In this document: positions 30,469-40,917 of the stretch, piece by piece | How the letters are laid out: each line of letters starts with the position of its first letter | Position numbering within the stretch: the first letter of the stretch is position 1 | DNA from: an uncultured bacterium | GTDB taxonomy: Bacteria > Krumholzibacteriota > Krumholzibacteriia > JACNKJ01 | Assembly: GCA_963695095.1 (NCBI GenBank) | Contig: CAVOFT010000001.1 | Coordinates: 3,488,001-3,552,000 of the forward strand | DNA: 64,000 nucleotides | Direction: 5' to 3' | Translations under genes and position numbers: made by a program | The notes under the pieces: generated by a model | Database searches by the model: none | What the model was told of the DNA's origin: nothing | The model's input: the letters and a program-made list of their open reading frames with translations, nothing else

Positions 30469-31232
30469 GCAAGAACCCGCGCTCGAGCACGCGAGCGCCG
30501 CTGGACGCGGCTCCCGCCATCCCCACCGGCGAGGCGCCGGGCAAGCGCGCGGCCGTCCAGCGCATGTTCACGGCGATCAGCCCCCGCTACGATCTGCTCA
30601 ACCGCCTGCTCAGCGCGGGCCAGGATCAGCGCTGGCGGCGACGGGCCGTGCGCTGCTTCGGTCCCGAAGTGCGCCGCGCGCTCGACGTGGCCGCCGGCAC
30701 CGGCGACCTCGGCGCCGCCTGGCTCGCCGCGCGACCGGGCGCCGAGCTCATCGCCACGGACTTCGTGCCGGCGATGTGCGTCGCCGGCGGCGTGAAGCTG
30801 GCCGGACGACCGGGCTTCCGCGGCTACCTCGTCGCCGACGCGCTGGCCCTGCCGCTGGCCGATGCCTGCGTGGACGGCGTGATGGTCGCCTTCGGGGTTC
30901 GCAATTTTGAGAAGCTGGAAGCCGGCCTCGCCGAGATGGCGCGCGTCCTGCGGCCGGGGGGCGAACTCCTCGTGCTCGAGTTCTTCCCCCCGCGCAATCC
31001 CGCCAGCGCGCGGCTCTTCCGATTCTATTTCAAGAGCGTGTTGCCGCGCCTGGGCGGCTGGATCAGCGGGGATGCCCAGGCCTATCGCTACCTGCCGCGC
31101 AGCGTCGGCGACTTCGTCGACCGCGAGCGCTTCGCCTCGCTCCTGGCGGAGGCGGGGCTCTCCCCGCCCCGCGTGCAGGAATTCAACGGCGGCATCGCAA
31201 CCGCCTTCCTGGCTCGCAAGCCCACCGCCTGA
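30465..31232 (+). CDS. menG: Demethylmenaquinone methyltransferase (UbiE/MenG)
   Basis: MF..I..RYDLLNRLLS.G, LDVAAGTGD, AFGVRN and AYRYLP.S; TTG start overlaps the ubiD stop. Confidence 0.9.
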   Translation: MSKNPRSSTRAPLDAAPAIPTGEAPGKRAAVQRMFTAISPRYDLLNRLLSAGQDQRWRRRAVRCFGPEVRRALDVAAGTGDLGAAWLAARPGAELIATDFVPAMCVAGGVKLAGRPGFRGYLVADALALPLADACVDGVMVAFGVRNFEKLEAGLAEMARVLRPGGELLVLEFFPPRNPASARLFRFYFKSVLPRLGGWISGDAQAYRYLPRSVGDFVDRERFASLLAEAGLSPPRVQEFNGGIATAFLARKPTA

Positions 31233-31426
31233 TTGCCCGATTTCGGTGCCGGTGGTCCGCTGGATCTGATACACTGTTTGCGTCTGGAAGCGGCGCGAAC
31301 GACAGCCTGGCGCATTCGCGTTAGTCGCGCCCCGCCTGGCCCTGCGGGCGTCCAGTCGTTCTCTCAGTCTGGAGCCGACGCCCTCGGTGACGACCGAGGG
31401 TTTGCCATACATCCTTCGGAGGACAA

Positions 31427-32344
31427 ATGATGAAGAAGCTACTGCTGCTTGCCCTGATCCTGAGCCTGGCCGTGGGCGGCGCGCTCGCCAAGGAGCAGGA
31501 ACCGGAGAAGCCGCTCGTGCCCTTCCAGGGCGACATCCGCGCGACCGAGTCCGAGCCCAACAACAGCTGCGCCACGGCCTCGCTGGTCGTGCTCGGCGAA
31601 GCGATGCTGGCTTCGATCAATCCGATCGGGGACATCGACTACTTCCAGCTCAACGTCACGACGGCGGGCAGCTTCACGATCTCGACCGAGCCCGGCGTCG
31701 GCCAGACCGGCGGCGACACGCAGATGTACCTTTACGCCGCCGACTGCACGACCCAGCTCGCCTATGACGACGACGGCGGCACCGGCCTCTACTCGCTGTT
31801 CACCGTGACGCTTGGAATCGGTACCTACTACGCTCGCGTCAACGAGTACGGCAACAACGGCGTCATCACCGCCTACGTGCTGAACGTAGCCGCTCCGCAG
31901 CCGCCGCCGGCGAACGACACCTGCGCCGGCGCCATCAACCTGGACGGCATGCCCCAGAGCTTCACGGTGGACCTCTGCCCCGCGGCGAACAACTACAGCC
32001 CGGGCGTCTACCCCACCTCTTGCACCGGCTACGCCGCCACCGGGCCGGATGTCGTCTACTACGCGATCCTGGGCGAGGGCGGCCAGATCGACGCCTGCAT
32101 CAACGGCACGCCCGATCTCGCGCTCTACCTGATCACCGACTGCGGCGATCCCGTGGGCAGCTGCGTGGCCGGTGACGACACGGGCAACCCCGAGTGCATC
32201 AGCTACACGCACACGGGCACGGAGTCGACCTTCTACTACCTGATCGTGGACACCTACAGCGGCTGCGGCGTCGTGACCGTGACCATCGACCAGCTGGTGG
32301 CCACCGAGGAGACCAGCTTCAGCAGCATCAAGAGCCTCTACTAG
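31427..32344 (+). CDS. Secreted protein with PPC-like domains and C-terminal KxLY motif
   Basis: Signal MMKKLLLLALILSLAVGGALA; ESEPNN..DIDYF..DDDGG; PANDTC; ends ATEETSFSSIKSLY. Confidence 0.88.
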   Translation: MMKKLLLLALILSLAVGGALAKEQEPEKPLVPFQGDIRATESEPNNSCATASLVVLGEAMLASINPIGDIDYFQLNVTTAGSFTISTEPGVGQTGGDTQMYLYAADCTTQLAYDDDGGTGLYSLFTVTLGIGTYYARVNEYGNNGVITAYVLNVAAPQPPPANDTCAGAINLDGMPQSFTVDLCPAANNYSPGVYPTSCTGYAATGPDVVYYAILGEGGQIDACINGTPDLALYLITDCGDPVGSCVAGDDTGNPECISYTHTGTESTFYYLIVDTYSGCGVVTVTIDQLVATEETSFSSIKSLY

Positions 32345-32371
32345 CCGCACTTGATTTCCAGCCACGAGAGC

Positions 32372-32402
32372 GGCCCCTCCTCTTCGGAGGAGGGGCCTTT
32401 TC
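32372..32402 (+). terminator. Intrinsic terminator
   Basis: GGCCCCTCCTC-ttcg-GAGGAGGGGCC followed by TTTT. Confidence 0.85.
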
Positions 32403-32440
32403 ATGCTAGAATCCAGGCGTCCCCAGCGCGGGAGGTCACC

Positions 32441-34090
32441 ATGCGCCGCTTGATGCTCGCTCTCATCGCCTGCTTGCTTGCCCTGCCCGCCTTCGCCGCC
32501 GAGTTCACCCCCGGCGTGCTGCTGGCGATTGCCGAGGACCCGCAGGCCTTCATCGCCGATCCGGACGGCAGCCGCCCGGCCCCTGCCGATCCCGCGCTGG
32601 TCGCCCTGCTCGCGGCGCAGGGGCTGACCCAGGTCGACTACCTCGTCGCCAAAGTCCCCGCGACGCTCAGCACGCGCGAGCGGCGCTACCTGCGCCTCAG
32701 CGGCGCCGCGGACCTGGATGTTCTCGTCGCCCGCGAAGCGCTGGCCGCCAGCGGCGCCTTCCGCGCCGTCTCGCCGGACTGGGTCCTGCACTTCCTCGTC
32801 TTGCCCAACGATCCGATGCTGAGCCAGCAGTGGCACATCGCCAACCCGACCGCGGGCATTCACCTGCCCGAGGCCTGGGACAGCGAGCAGGGCGACCCCG
32901 CGAGCGTGATCGCCATCATCGACACGGGCATCGACTGGAGCCACCCGGACCTGGGGCCGAACATGTGGCAGAATCCGGACGAGACGCCCGGCAACGGCAT
33001 CGACGACGACGGCAACGGCTGGATCGATGACCGCTACGGCTGGGACTGCGGCGCGAACGACAGCGACCCGCGCCCCGAGGCCTACTTCGAGGGCGGCGTC
33101 GACGTGGGCTTTCACGGCAGCCACTGCGCGGGCATCGCCGCCGCCGCCACGGACAACGCCCTGGGCGTGGCCGGCGCCGGCTGGGATTGCCGCCTGATGG
33201 CGCTCAAGGTGGTGGGCGCGGGGCAGCCCTTCTCGGTGGCGGCCGTCACGATGGCCTTCAACTATGCCATCGCCGAAGGCGCCGACGTGATCTCGATGAG
33301 CTTCGGCGGCACGCTCACGGATTTCGGCTTCATGCAGGCGCTCGTCGACGACGCGAGCGCGGCCGGCATCGTCTGCGTGGCCGCCGCGGGCAACAACAAC
33401 ACCAGCGCGATGATGTACCCCGCCGCCCTGGACCGCGTGATCTCCGTGGCCGCCACGAACAGCGCCAACCAGCGCGCCTCCTTTTCGACCTATGGCGACT
33501 GGGTGGACCTCGCCGCGCCCGGCGAGCAGATCTGGTCGACGATCATGAGCAACTACCAGCTCGACTTCCTCACCGAGCTGCTCTTCATGCTGCTCTACGG
33601 CTACGACGGCGTGAACCCCTACATGTACAGCGACGGCACCTCCATGGCCTGCCCCCTCGTGGCCGGTGTGGTCGGCCTCGTCAAGAGCGCGGCGCCCTGG
33701 ATGGACCACGACGCCATGGTCCAGCACCTCATCGACACCGGCGATACCGTGGCCTACGACCAGCCCTGCGGCATCAAGGTGAACGCCGCCCAGGCGGTGG
33801 CCAGCCTCACCGCCGCCGGGACCGTGGCGACCGCCGGGCGCCTCGCCGCCTGGCCGAACCCCTTCAATCCCGCCGTGACCCTGCGCTTCACGCTCGCCGC
33901 GCCGGGCCACGCCCGCCTGGCGATCTACGACGCGGCCGGCCGGCGGGTGGCCCTGCTCATCGACGAGCTGCGCCCGGCGGGTGAGCAGCAGGTGACCTGG
34001 CGCGCGGAGGGCTTGCCCAGCGGCGTCTATCTGTCTCGCCTGGAGGGACCGGAGACGGCAAGTGCGGAGAAGCTCATCCTGCTCCGCTGA
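32441..34090 (+). CDS. Secreted S8 subtilisin-like peptidase with PNPFNP (FlgD/T9SS-CTD-like) tail
   Basis: DTG, HGSHCAG, AAGN and GTSMA catalytic motifs; WPNPFNP..SGVYL tail. Confidence 0.93.
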   Translation: MRRLMLALIACLLALPAFAAEFTPGVLLAIAEDPQAFIADPDGSRPAPADPALVALLAAQGLTQVDYLVAKVPATLSTRERRYLRLSGAADLDVLVAREALAASGAFRAVSPDWVLHFLVLPNDPMLSQQWHIANPTAGIHLPEAWDSEQGDPASVIAIIDTGIDWSHPDLGPNMWQNPDETPGNGIDDDGNGWIDDRYGWDCGANDSDPRPEAYFEGGVDVGFHGSHCAGIAAAATDNALGVAGAGWDCRLMALKVVGAGQPFSVAAVTMAFNYAIAEGADVISMSFGGTLTDFGFMQALVDDASAAGIVCVAAAGNNNTSAMMYPAALDRVISVAATNSANQRASFSTYGDWVDLAAPGEQIWSTIMSNYQLDFLTELLFMLLYGYDGVNPYMYSDGTSMACPLVAGVVGLVKSAAPWMDHDAMVQHLIDTGDTVAYDQPCGIKVNAAQAVASLTAAGTVATAGRLAAWPNPFNPAVTLRFTLAAPGHARLAIYDAAGRRVALLIDELRPAGEQQVTWRAEGLPSGVYLSRLEGPETASAEKLILLR

Positions 34091-34132
34091 GCCGCGCTTG
34101 CGGGTGACGGGTGCGGACGCTAGGCTGCGCCC

Positions 34133-34969
34133 ATGCCCGAGCTGCCCGAAGTCGAGTCCGTCGCCCGCAGCCTGCGCGCCGCCCTCCTGGGACGGCGCCT
34201 GGACGCCATCAGCGCGCGCTGGGCGGCCTGCATGAAGCCCTCGCCGGCGGCGGCGCGGCGAGCGCTCGTCGGCAAGCGGCTGCTCGCGGTGAGCCGGCAC
34301 GGCAAGTACCTCTTCCTGGACTTCGGCAGCCGCGCTAGCGCGCCTCCCGAGCGCCAGCTCCTGCTCCACCTGCGCATGACCGGGCAGCTCTTCACGGACC
34401 CCGCCTACCGGCCCGACAAGCACCTGCGCCTGCGGATGGATTTCGAGGGCCGGCCCGTCTTCTACCGCGACCAGCGCAAGTTCGGCGGCTTCACCCTGCT
34501 CGAGGGCCTGCCCGGGCGGGACGCCATCCCCCATGTCGGGCCGGACTGGCTGGTGATCCGTCGCGCAGTCTGGCAGGCGCGCCTGGCCGGCCGGCGGGCG
34601 CCGCTCAAGGCCCTGCTGCTGGACCAGGGGCTCGCCGCCGGGCTCGGCAACATCTACGCCGACGAGGCGCTCTTCCGGGCGGGGCTGCACCCGATGACGC
34701 CGGGGACGGCCCTCGACGAGGCCGATCGGCGCCGGCTCTACTCGGCTTGCCGGCAGGTGCTCCGCTCGGGCATCCGCCACGGCGGCACCACTTTCCTGGA
34801 CTTCGTGGACTTCGACGGCCGCCCGGGCAACTTCCGCGGCAAGCTGCGCGTCTACGGCCGGACCGGGGAGCCCTGCCGCACTTGCGGAACGCCCATTGCT
34901 AGGCTGAGGATTGCGGGGCGAGGCAGCCACTTCTGCCCCCTCTGCCAGCCGGATTCGGGTCGTGCATAA
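34133..34969 (+). CDS. mutM: Formamidopyrimidine-DNA glycosylase
   Basis: MPELPEVE, HLRMTG, GLGNIYADE and C-terminal CxxC..CxxC zinc finger. Confidence 0.96.
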   Translation: MPELPEVESVARSLRAALLGRRLDAISARWAACMKPSPAAARRALVGKRLLAVSRHGKYLFLDFGSRASAPPERQLLLHLRMTGQLFTDPAYRPDKHLRLRMDFEGRPVFYRDQRKFGGFTLLEGLPGRDAIPHVGPDWLVIRRAVWQARLAGRRAPLKALLLDQGLAAGLGNIYADEALFRAGLHPMTPGTALDEADRRRLYSACRQVLRSGIRHGGTTFLDFVDFDGRPGNFRGKLRVYGRTGEPCRTCGTPIARLRIAGRGSHFCPLCQPDSGRA

Positions 34970-35122
34970 CGCTAAAGCGGGTAGAATCCCGCAATGCGGG
35001 ACGAAATGGGTAGCACGGATGCATAATTAGGTGGAGTTTTAGCTTAATTCTGACGATGGTAAGTGCTAGCCTTGAGTCCGTCCGATTCCGATCCCCACCC
35101 GAAACAAGAGAGCGATCCGCCG

Positions 35123-36568
35123 ATGGAGAAGACCATGCCTCGCCTGCGTGAGTTCTTGGAACTGCCCTACGACCAGCTCGAGGAGCTGAACCTCGCCTCG
35201 AAGGCCCTCCAGGAGAGCTGGGCGCCCATGGAGGAGGTCGAGGCCGAGCGCCGGCGCTACCTGGAAGGGGAAAAGCGCATCAAGGCCGTCACCGTGGCCT
35301 TCACGGATATCGAGGGCCGCTTCCACATGCTGGACTACGACAAGAAGTTCCTCCTCAAGTCCGACCAGCTCACCTTCGACGGCAGCTCGATTCGAGGCTT
35401 CACCAAGATCGCCGAGAGCGACCTGCGCCTGGGCATCGACTGGCGGGCCTTCTACTGGATGCCCGCCGACGTCTTCGGCCCCGGCAAGGTGCTGGTCTTC
35501 GGCCATGTGCTGGGCAAGGACGGCCAGCCCTACGAGGCGGACTTCCGCGGCCGCCTGCTCCAGCTCACCCAGGAGCTCTACTGGAAGAACGGCACCGTGG
35601 CCAACGTGTCGGCCGAGATCGAGGGCTTCCTCTTCCAGGGCCAGGACGCCGAGCGCCGCTACTACGACCAGGGCAAGTTCAAGCTGATCTCCACGGGCGG
35701 CTACTACCACAGCCTGCCCCAGGATCCCCTGCGCCAGTTCATGGACACCGCCGCCGAGGTGCAGCGGGCCATGGCCTTCGAGAACGAGAAGGACCACCCC
35801 GAGGTGGGCCCCTCGCAGTTCGAGATGAACTTCAAGTACGCGCCGGCGCTGATCGCCGCCGACCGCATCCAGCTCTACAAGCTGCTCTGCCGGCAGGTGG
35901 CCCAGGGCATGGGCATGACGGCCTGCTTCCTGCCCAAGCCGATCACGGGCATCAATGGTAGCGGCATGCACTGCAACATTTCGCTGGCGCGCGAAGGCGA
36001 GAACCTGTTCTGGGACGAGCGCGGCAAGCAGCAGATGTCCGCGACCGGCTGGAGCTTCATCCGGCGAGTCCTGCACAACGCCGAGGACATCTGCCTCGTG
36101 CTCAACGCGAGCGTCAACGCCTATCGCCGGCTCGATCCGCACTTCGAGGCGCCGAACGAGATCGCGGTGAGCCCCACGGACCGCAGCGCGATGATCCGCA
36201 TCCCCCTGGCCGGCAAGGCCGGTCAGCGCATCGAGGTGCGTTCGGTGGGGCCGGACGTGAATCCCTACATGGCCATCTACACGCTGCTGCGCACGGGCCT
36301 GGAGGGGCCCGAGCCCGATCCCAAGGCGCCCCAGCCCAAGCGCATCCGCAAGCGCACGCTGCCGGGGAACATCTACGAGGCGATGACCGCGCACCGTCGC
36401 AGCGCCTGGGTGCGCGAGGTGCTGGGCGGGGATTGCCAGCTGAAGTACCACGAGCTGAAGGAGGCCAGCGCCAACCGCTGCCCCCACGAGCTGGGCACGC
36501 GCATCAAGCGAGCCGAGATCATGTTCCACCACGAGGTGACCAACCAGATGCTCTGGAACACCTTCTAG
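35123..36568 (+). CDS. glnA: Glutamine synthetase family protein
   Basis: FDGSSIRGF..ESDL, HPEV..QFE, PKP..NGSGMH, NAYRRL..EAP and R.E.R. Confidence 0.9.
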   Translation: MEKTMPRLREFLELPYDQLEELNLASKALQESWAPMEEVEAERRRYLEGEKRIKAVTVAFTDIEGRFHMLDYDKKFLLKSDQLTFDGSSIRGFTKIAESDLRLGIDWRAFYWMPADVFGPGKVLVFGHVLGKDGQPYEADFRGRLLQLTQELYWKNGTVANVSAEIEGFLFQGQDAERRYYDQGKFKLISTGGYYHSLPQDPLRQFMDTAAEVQRAMAFENEKDHPEVGPSQFEMNFKYAPALIAADRIQLYKLLCRQVAQGMGMTACFLPKPITGINGSGMHCNISLAREGENLFWDERGKQQMSATGWSFIRRVLHNAEDICLVLNASVNAYRRLDPHFEAPNEIAVSPTDRSAMIRIPLAGKAGQRIEVRSVGPDVNPYMAIYTLLRTGLEGPEPDPKAPQPKRIRKRTLPGNIYEAMTAHRRSAWVREVLGGDCQLKYHELKEASANRCPHELGTRIKRAEIMFHHEVTNQMLWNTF

Positions 36569-36594
36569 GCTTCAACCGCAGCTATTCCGCTCGC

Positions 36595-36628
36595 GCCGGC
36601 GGTCCCCATGGGCCGCCGGCTTCTTCTT
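36595..36628 (+). terminator. Intrinsic terminator
   Basis: GCCGGCGGTCC..GGGCCGCCGGC followed by TTCTTCTT. Confidence 0.65.
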
Positions 36629-36697
36629 GTCACGTGACAAGTCCCTCCGAATGCCCCAGACTGGCCCCATGTCCGGAAGCCGTGGGACCGGGTAGCG

Positions 36698-37627
36698 ATG
36701 TCCGCAGGGTGGGATACCCGCGTCCGGCTGGCCGCTTTCGAGTGGCTCGAGCGCATGCTCGCCGTCCATGGCGACTTGCTCCCTCGTTCACTGCTGCTGT
36801 CGGGTTTCGAGATCGACGGGCAGCGGATCCCGCTGGTCAGCGCCGCGTTGGGAATCCACAAGCCGCGAGCGATGGAGTTGCCCCTTTCCATCCTCACCGC
36901 ACCCGAAGTCGAGGGGCGAGAGCGGCCCTACGACGACGACATCGACGCCCAGGGGCTCATCGGCTACCGGTACCGCGGCGATGCACAGCACATCCACCAT
37001 CGCGACAACGAGGGCCTCCGGCGCGTGATGCGAGACCGCTTGCCGCTAGTCTACTTCGTCGGCATCGTGCCCGGCCGGTATCAGCCGTTCTGGCCGGCCT
37101 ACGTCACTGGCGACGATGTGCGCGCGCTGCGATTCACGGTGGCGATCGACGACGGCGCGCTGGTCTCCGCGGCTGCGGGAGCGGCCGTCGTGGCCGAGGA
37201 TGCGGCCAGCGCCCGCCGCGCTTACATCACGACGGTGGCCCGCCGACGGATGCACCAGACCGCTTTCCGGCACCGCGTCCTCACGGCCTACCGCGAGCGC
37301 TGCACGATCTGCCGGCTGGGGCATTCGGAGCTGCTTGATGCCGCGCACATCATCCCGGATCGCGAGCCGGAGGGCCTGCCCCTGGTTCGCAATGGGCTGG
37401 CGCTCTGCAAGCTTCACCACGCCGCCTTCGATCAGCACATCCTGGGCATCACGCCGGACTACGAGATCAAGATCCGTCTTGATGTCCTGGAGGAGGAGGA
37501 TGGGCCGATGCTGGTACACGGCCTCCAGGGCTGGCAGGGGCGGCGGATCCACCCGCCCCGGCAATCAGAGCAGAGGCCAGGCCGCGACTTGCTCGAGGAG
37601 CGATTCCGCCGCTTCCTCTCCCGCTAG
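36698..37627 (+). CDS. HNH endonuclease (putative restriction nuclease)
   Basis: FR..VL.AY..C.IC..LLDAAHI..NGLALCKLHH.AFD; SRA-like N-terminal region (GIHKP..YRYRG..DN). Confidence 0.88.
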   Translation: MSAGWDTRVRLAAFEWLERMLAVHGDLLPRSLLLSGFEIDGQRIPLVSAALGIHKPRAMELPLSILTAPEVEGRERPYDDDIDAQGLIGYRYRGDAQHIHHRDNEGLRRVMRDRLPLVYFVGIVPGRYQPFWPAYVTGDDVRALRFTVAIDDGALVSAAAGAAVVAEDAASARRAYITTVARRRMHQTAFRHRVLTAYRERCTICRLGHSELLDAAHIIPDREPEGLPLVRNGLALCKLHHAAFDQHILGITPDYEIKIRLDVLEEEDGPMLVHGLQGWQGRRIHPPRQSEQRPGRDLLEERFRRFLSR

Positions 37628-37763
37628 CTGCCCCGGCTCTGTACACGTGTACACCTCCCAGTAGCCGATTCCCGCCGCCGATTCGCCTTGCCCGGCCCGC
37701 CGGCGTCTCCTAGCATGGCGCCGCCGGGCCTCCACCCCGGCGCCCGCCGCCATGGAGGCTCGC

Positions 37764-38720
37764 ATGCATCTGGGAATCTGGGTCGGCTTCATCGTGCTGA
37801 TCATTGCGCTGCTCAGCCTCGACCTCGTGGTCGTGCACCGCCGCCATCGCGTGCCGACATTCAAGGAAGCCAGCCTCTGGAGCGCCTTCTGGATCTCCCT
37901 CGGCCTGGCCTTCAGCCTGGTCATCTACAAGCTCTACGCGATGGGCCTGGCGGGCGACGGCAGCATCGACCCGCGGGGCGCCGCCTTCTCCTACCTGACG
38001 GCCTACGTGGTCGAGGAGTCGCTGAGCGTCGACAACCTCTTCGTCTTCGCGCTCATCTTCTCGCGCTTCAGCGTGCCGCTGGAGCTGCAGCACCCGGTGC
38101 TCTTCTGGGGCATCCTCGGCGCGCTGATCCTGCGCGGCATCATGATCGGCGTCGGCGCGGTACTGCTGGCGCGCTTCGGCTGGATGACCTACGTCTTCGG
38201 TGGCTTCCTCATCTTCACCGCCGTGCGGCTGCTCCTCGCCCGCCGCGAGGAGATCCACCCCGAGGGCAACCCGCTGCTGCGCCTTGCGCGCCAGCTCTTT
38301 CCGATGACCGAGAGCTTCGAGGACCGCCACTTCTTCGTCCGCCGCGGCGGCAAGCTCTTCATGACGCCGCTCTTCGTGGTGCTGCTGCTGGTGGAGAGCA
38401 CGGATGTCGTCTTCGCCGTGGACTCGATCCCCGCCGTCTTCGCGGTGACGAACGAGCCGATCATCGTCTTCACCTCGAACGTCTTCGCGATCCTCGGCCT
38501 GCGCGCTCTCTTCACGGTGCTGGCGCGCGCGATCCACCGCTTCCGCCATCTCAAGACGAGCCTGGTCTTCCTGCTGGCCTATGTCGGCGTGAAGATGCTG
38601 CTGGCCAAGCACTACCACATCCCGGCCCCGATTTCCCTGCTGTTCATCGCCGGGATCCTGGCCGTGGGCGTGATCGCCTCGCTGCGCAGCGCGCCGGCAG
38701 ACGCGGAGCACGTGGCCTAG
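37764..38720 (+). CDS. TerC/Alx-family membrane protein
   Basis: SLSVDNLFVF, GALILRG, DVVFAVDSIPA and TSNVFAILGLR. Confidence 0.95.
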   Translation: MHLGIWVGFIVLIIALLSLDLVVVHRRHRVPTFKEASLWSAFWISLGLAFSLVIYKLYAMGLAGDGSIDPRGAAFSYLTAYVVEESLSVDNLFVFALIFSRFSVPLELQHPVLFWGILGALILRGIMIGVGAVLLARFGWMTYVFGGFLIFTAVRLLLARREEIHPEGNPLLRLARQLFPMTESFEDRHFFVRRGGKLFMTPLFVVLLLVESTDVVFAVDSIPAVFAVTNEPIIVFTSNVFAILGLRALFTVLARAIHRFRHLKTSLVFLLAYVGVKMLLAKHYHIPAPISLLFIAGILAVGVIASLRSAPADAEHVA

Positions 38721-40006
38721 GCGGGCCTGCCCGCCGCCTCGCGTACCCAGCCCTCGGCGATCTTGCCGATGAGCTGCGTGGCCTTCTCCATCGTCTGCAG
38801 CGAGGCCCACTCGCGCACGCTGTGGTAGTTCTGCCCGCCGGTGAAGACGTTGGGCGTGAGGATGCCCATGTAGGAGAGCCGCGCGCCGTCCGTGCCGCCG
38901 CGGATGACGTCGAGCCGGGGCTCGGCGCCCACCGCGCGCGTGGCCTCCATGGCGATCGCCACGATGCGCGGGTTCTCGGCGAGCTTGGGCCCCATGTTGA
39001 GATAGCTCTCCTTCACCTCCAGCTCGATCTGGGTCTTCGGGAACTCCCGCCGCACCTCGTCGCGGATGCGCTCGAGGATGGCGATCTTCGCCTGCGACGC
39101 CGCCATGTCGAAGTCGCGGATGAGCAGGTGGAGGGTGCAGGTGTCGACCACGCCCTCGATGGCCCGCGGGTGCAGGTAGCCCTGGCGCTTCTCCGTGGTC
39201 TCGGGGCGCATGTCCGCGGGCAGTCGCTGGATGATGGCCGCCGGCGGCGTAGAGCGTGTTGACCATCACGTCCTTCGCAGTGCCCGGGTGCACGTTGTAG
39301 CCCTTGAGGCGGAAGGTGGCCGCGTGGGCGTTGAAGGTCTCGTTCTCGATCTTGCCCAGCTCCTCGCCGTCCAGCGTGTAGGCGATGCGGGCGCCGAAGC
39401 CCGCGACGTCGAACTTATCCGCGCCGCGGCCGATCTCCTCGTCGGGCGTGAAGCCGATGGCGATGTCGCCGTGGAGCAGCGCCGGGTTCTCGACGAAGCG
39501 CTGCACGGCCTCCATGATCTCGGCCACGCCGGCCTTGTCGTCGGCGCCCAGCAGCGTCGTGCCGTCGCTGGTGACGATGTCGTCGCCCAGGCACTTGGCG
39601 AGCACGGGCGAGTCCGCCGCGCGGATCACCTGCGCCGGGTCGCCGGGCAGCACGATGTCCCCGCCCGCGTAGGCGCGGTGCACCTGCGGCTTCACGTTCT
39701 CGCCCGGCGCGTCCGGGCTCGTGTCCATGTGCGCGATGAAGCCGACGGCCGGCACCTTGCCGTGCGGCGGCGTGCCCCGTGGGCAGATTGCTCGGGCAGG
39801 GTCGCGTAGACGTAGCCGTGCTCGTCCAGGCGGGGCGCAAGGCCCATGGCCGCGAGTTCGTCGCGCAGCATCCGCGCGAGGTCGAGCTGCCGGGCGCTGG
39901 AGGGACAGCTCTCCGAGGCCTCGTCCGAGGTGGTGTAGACCTGGCAGTAGCGGATGAAGCGTGCGAGCAGGCGTTCGGTCTCGGGCGCGCGGGGTGTGGC
40001 GGGCAT
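38717..40006 (-). CDS. pepT: Peptidase T (M20B), three apparent frameshifts
   Basis: AHMDTSPD, LLGADDKAG, TPDEEIG, IRGGTDG and NYHS..EW; shifts near 39797, 39765 and 39240. Confidence 0.92.
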
Positions 40007-40207
40007 GGCACCTCCTGGAACGCGCGAGTCTACCCGCTCTTCGGGCATCGGTCAACGAGACCGGTAGGCGCTCCATGCCCGCCGCAGCCTGCCGAAGCCG
40101 GCAGGCCAGCATCCGCTGGTCCGATTGGCAGAAGACCATCTGCCGTCTTCCCCGCGGTGCTCCGCGACGCGCCAAGGGCCGCCCGCTGCCGCGGTCTCCG
40201 GCACGCG

Positions 40208-40906
40208 CTAGGTCTCGGCCTCTTCGCCCACGTTGAGACTGACGTTCGTCAACCCCTCCAGCGCGGAGAGCTCGCTCACCAGGGCGCTGTATTGCTCGGC
40301 GTCGCGCATGACGATATGGAAGGTCAAGCGCAGGAATTCGCCGAAGCGCAGGGACTTGATGTTGAGCAGCTCGTGGCGCAGGAGGTAGCGCTTGAAGACA
40401 GGCAAGTAGCGGGAGCTCCCCTCGCTATCGTCGCTGGGGATGAGCTGGAAGCTGAGCAGGAACTCGTTGCGCGCTGTAGCGCCGTGCCGCGTCCAGTGCA
40501 GGATGTTGATGAAGAGACCCACCACGAGCGAACCCAGCACCGCGATCTTGAGATTGCCGCTGCCGGCAGCCATGCCGGCGCCCAGGGAGAAGAAAACGTA
40601 GGCCGTGTCGCGGGTGTCCTTGACCACCGTCCGGAAGCGGATGATGGACATCGCGCCTACCAGGCCGAAGGCCCGGGCAATGTTGGAGCCGATGACCATC
40701 ATCACCAAAGCCATGAGCATGGCCAGCATGACCAGCGTATTGACGAAGCTGAACGAGGTGCTCAAGGAGCGCTCCGTGCTTCGGTAGGCCCAGGCAATGA
40801 ACAGGCCCAGCAGGAAGGCAACGAAGAGGTTGAGGCCGATTTCCGCCGCCGTCCACGGTTCGGGGCGCATGGCGAGGCTCTGGAGCAGGTCGTCCTGGGG
40901 ATTCAC
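40208..40906 (-). CDS. DUF4956-family membrane protein
   Basis: IGSNIARAFGLVGAMSIIRFRT.VKD signature. Confidence 0.88.
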   Translation of the reverse strand: MNPQDDLLQSLAMRPEPWTAAEIGLNLFVAFLLGLFIAWAYRSTERSLSTSFSFVNTLVMLAMLMALVMMVIGSNIARAFGLVGAMSIIRFRTVVKDTRDTAYVFFSLGAGMAAGSGNLKIAVLGSLVVGLFINILHWTRHGATARNEFLLSFQLIPSDDSEGSSRYLPVFKRYLLRHELLNIKSLRFGEFLRLTFHIVMRDAEQYSALVSELSALEGLTNVSLNVGEEAET

Positions 40907-40917
40907 GAGGCCCTCGG

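Noticed and set aside
31439..34930. 1163-aa minus-strand ORF and similar long shadow ORFs (23495..26254, 57904..61140, 20540..22492)
   Set aside because: They are antisense or off-frame to well-supported genes, Arg/Ala/Gly-rich and motif-free, as expected from high GC.
34970..35120. Nitrogen-regulatory site or glutamine riboswitch upstream of glnA
   Set aside because: The region is AT-rich with two TGCATAA words, but it has no convincing NtrC, GlnR or sigma54 consensus and no recognisable RNA fold.
37628..37763. yybP-ykoY (Mn) riboswitch upstream of terC/alx
   Set aside because: Expected by context, but I could not find the conserved GGGGAGUAG-type core; an Infernal search would be needed.
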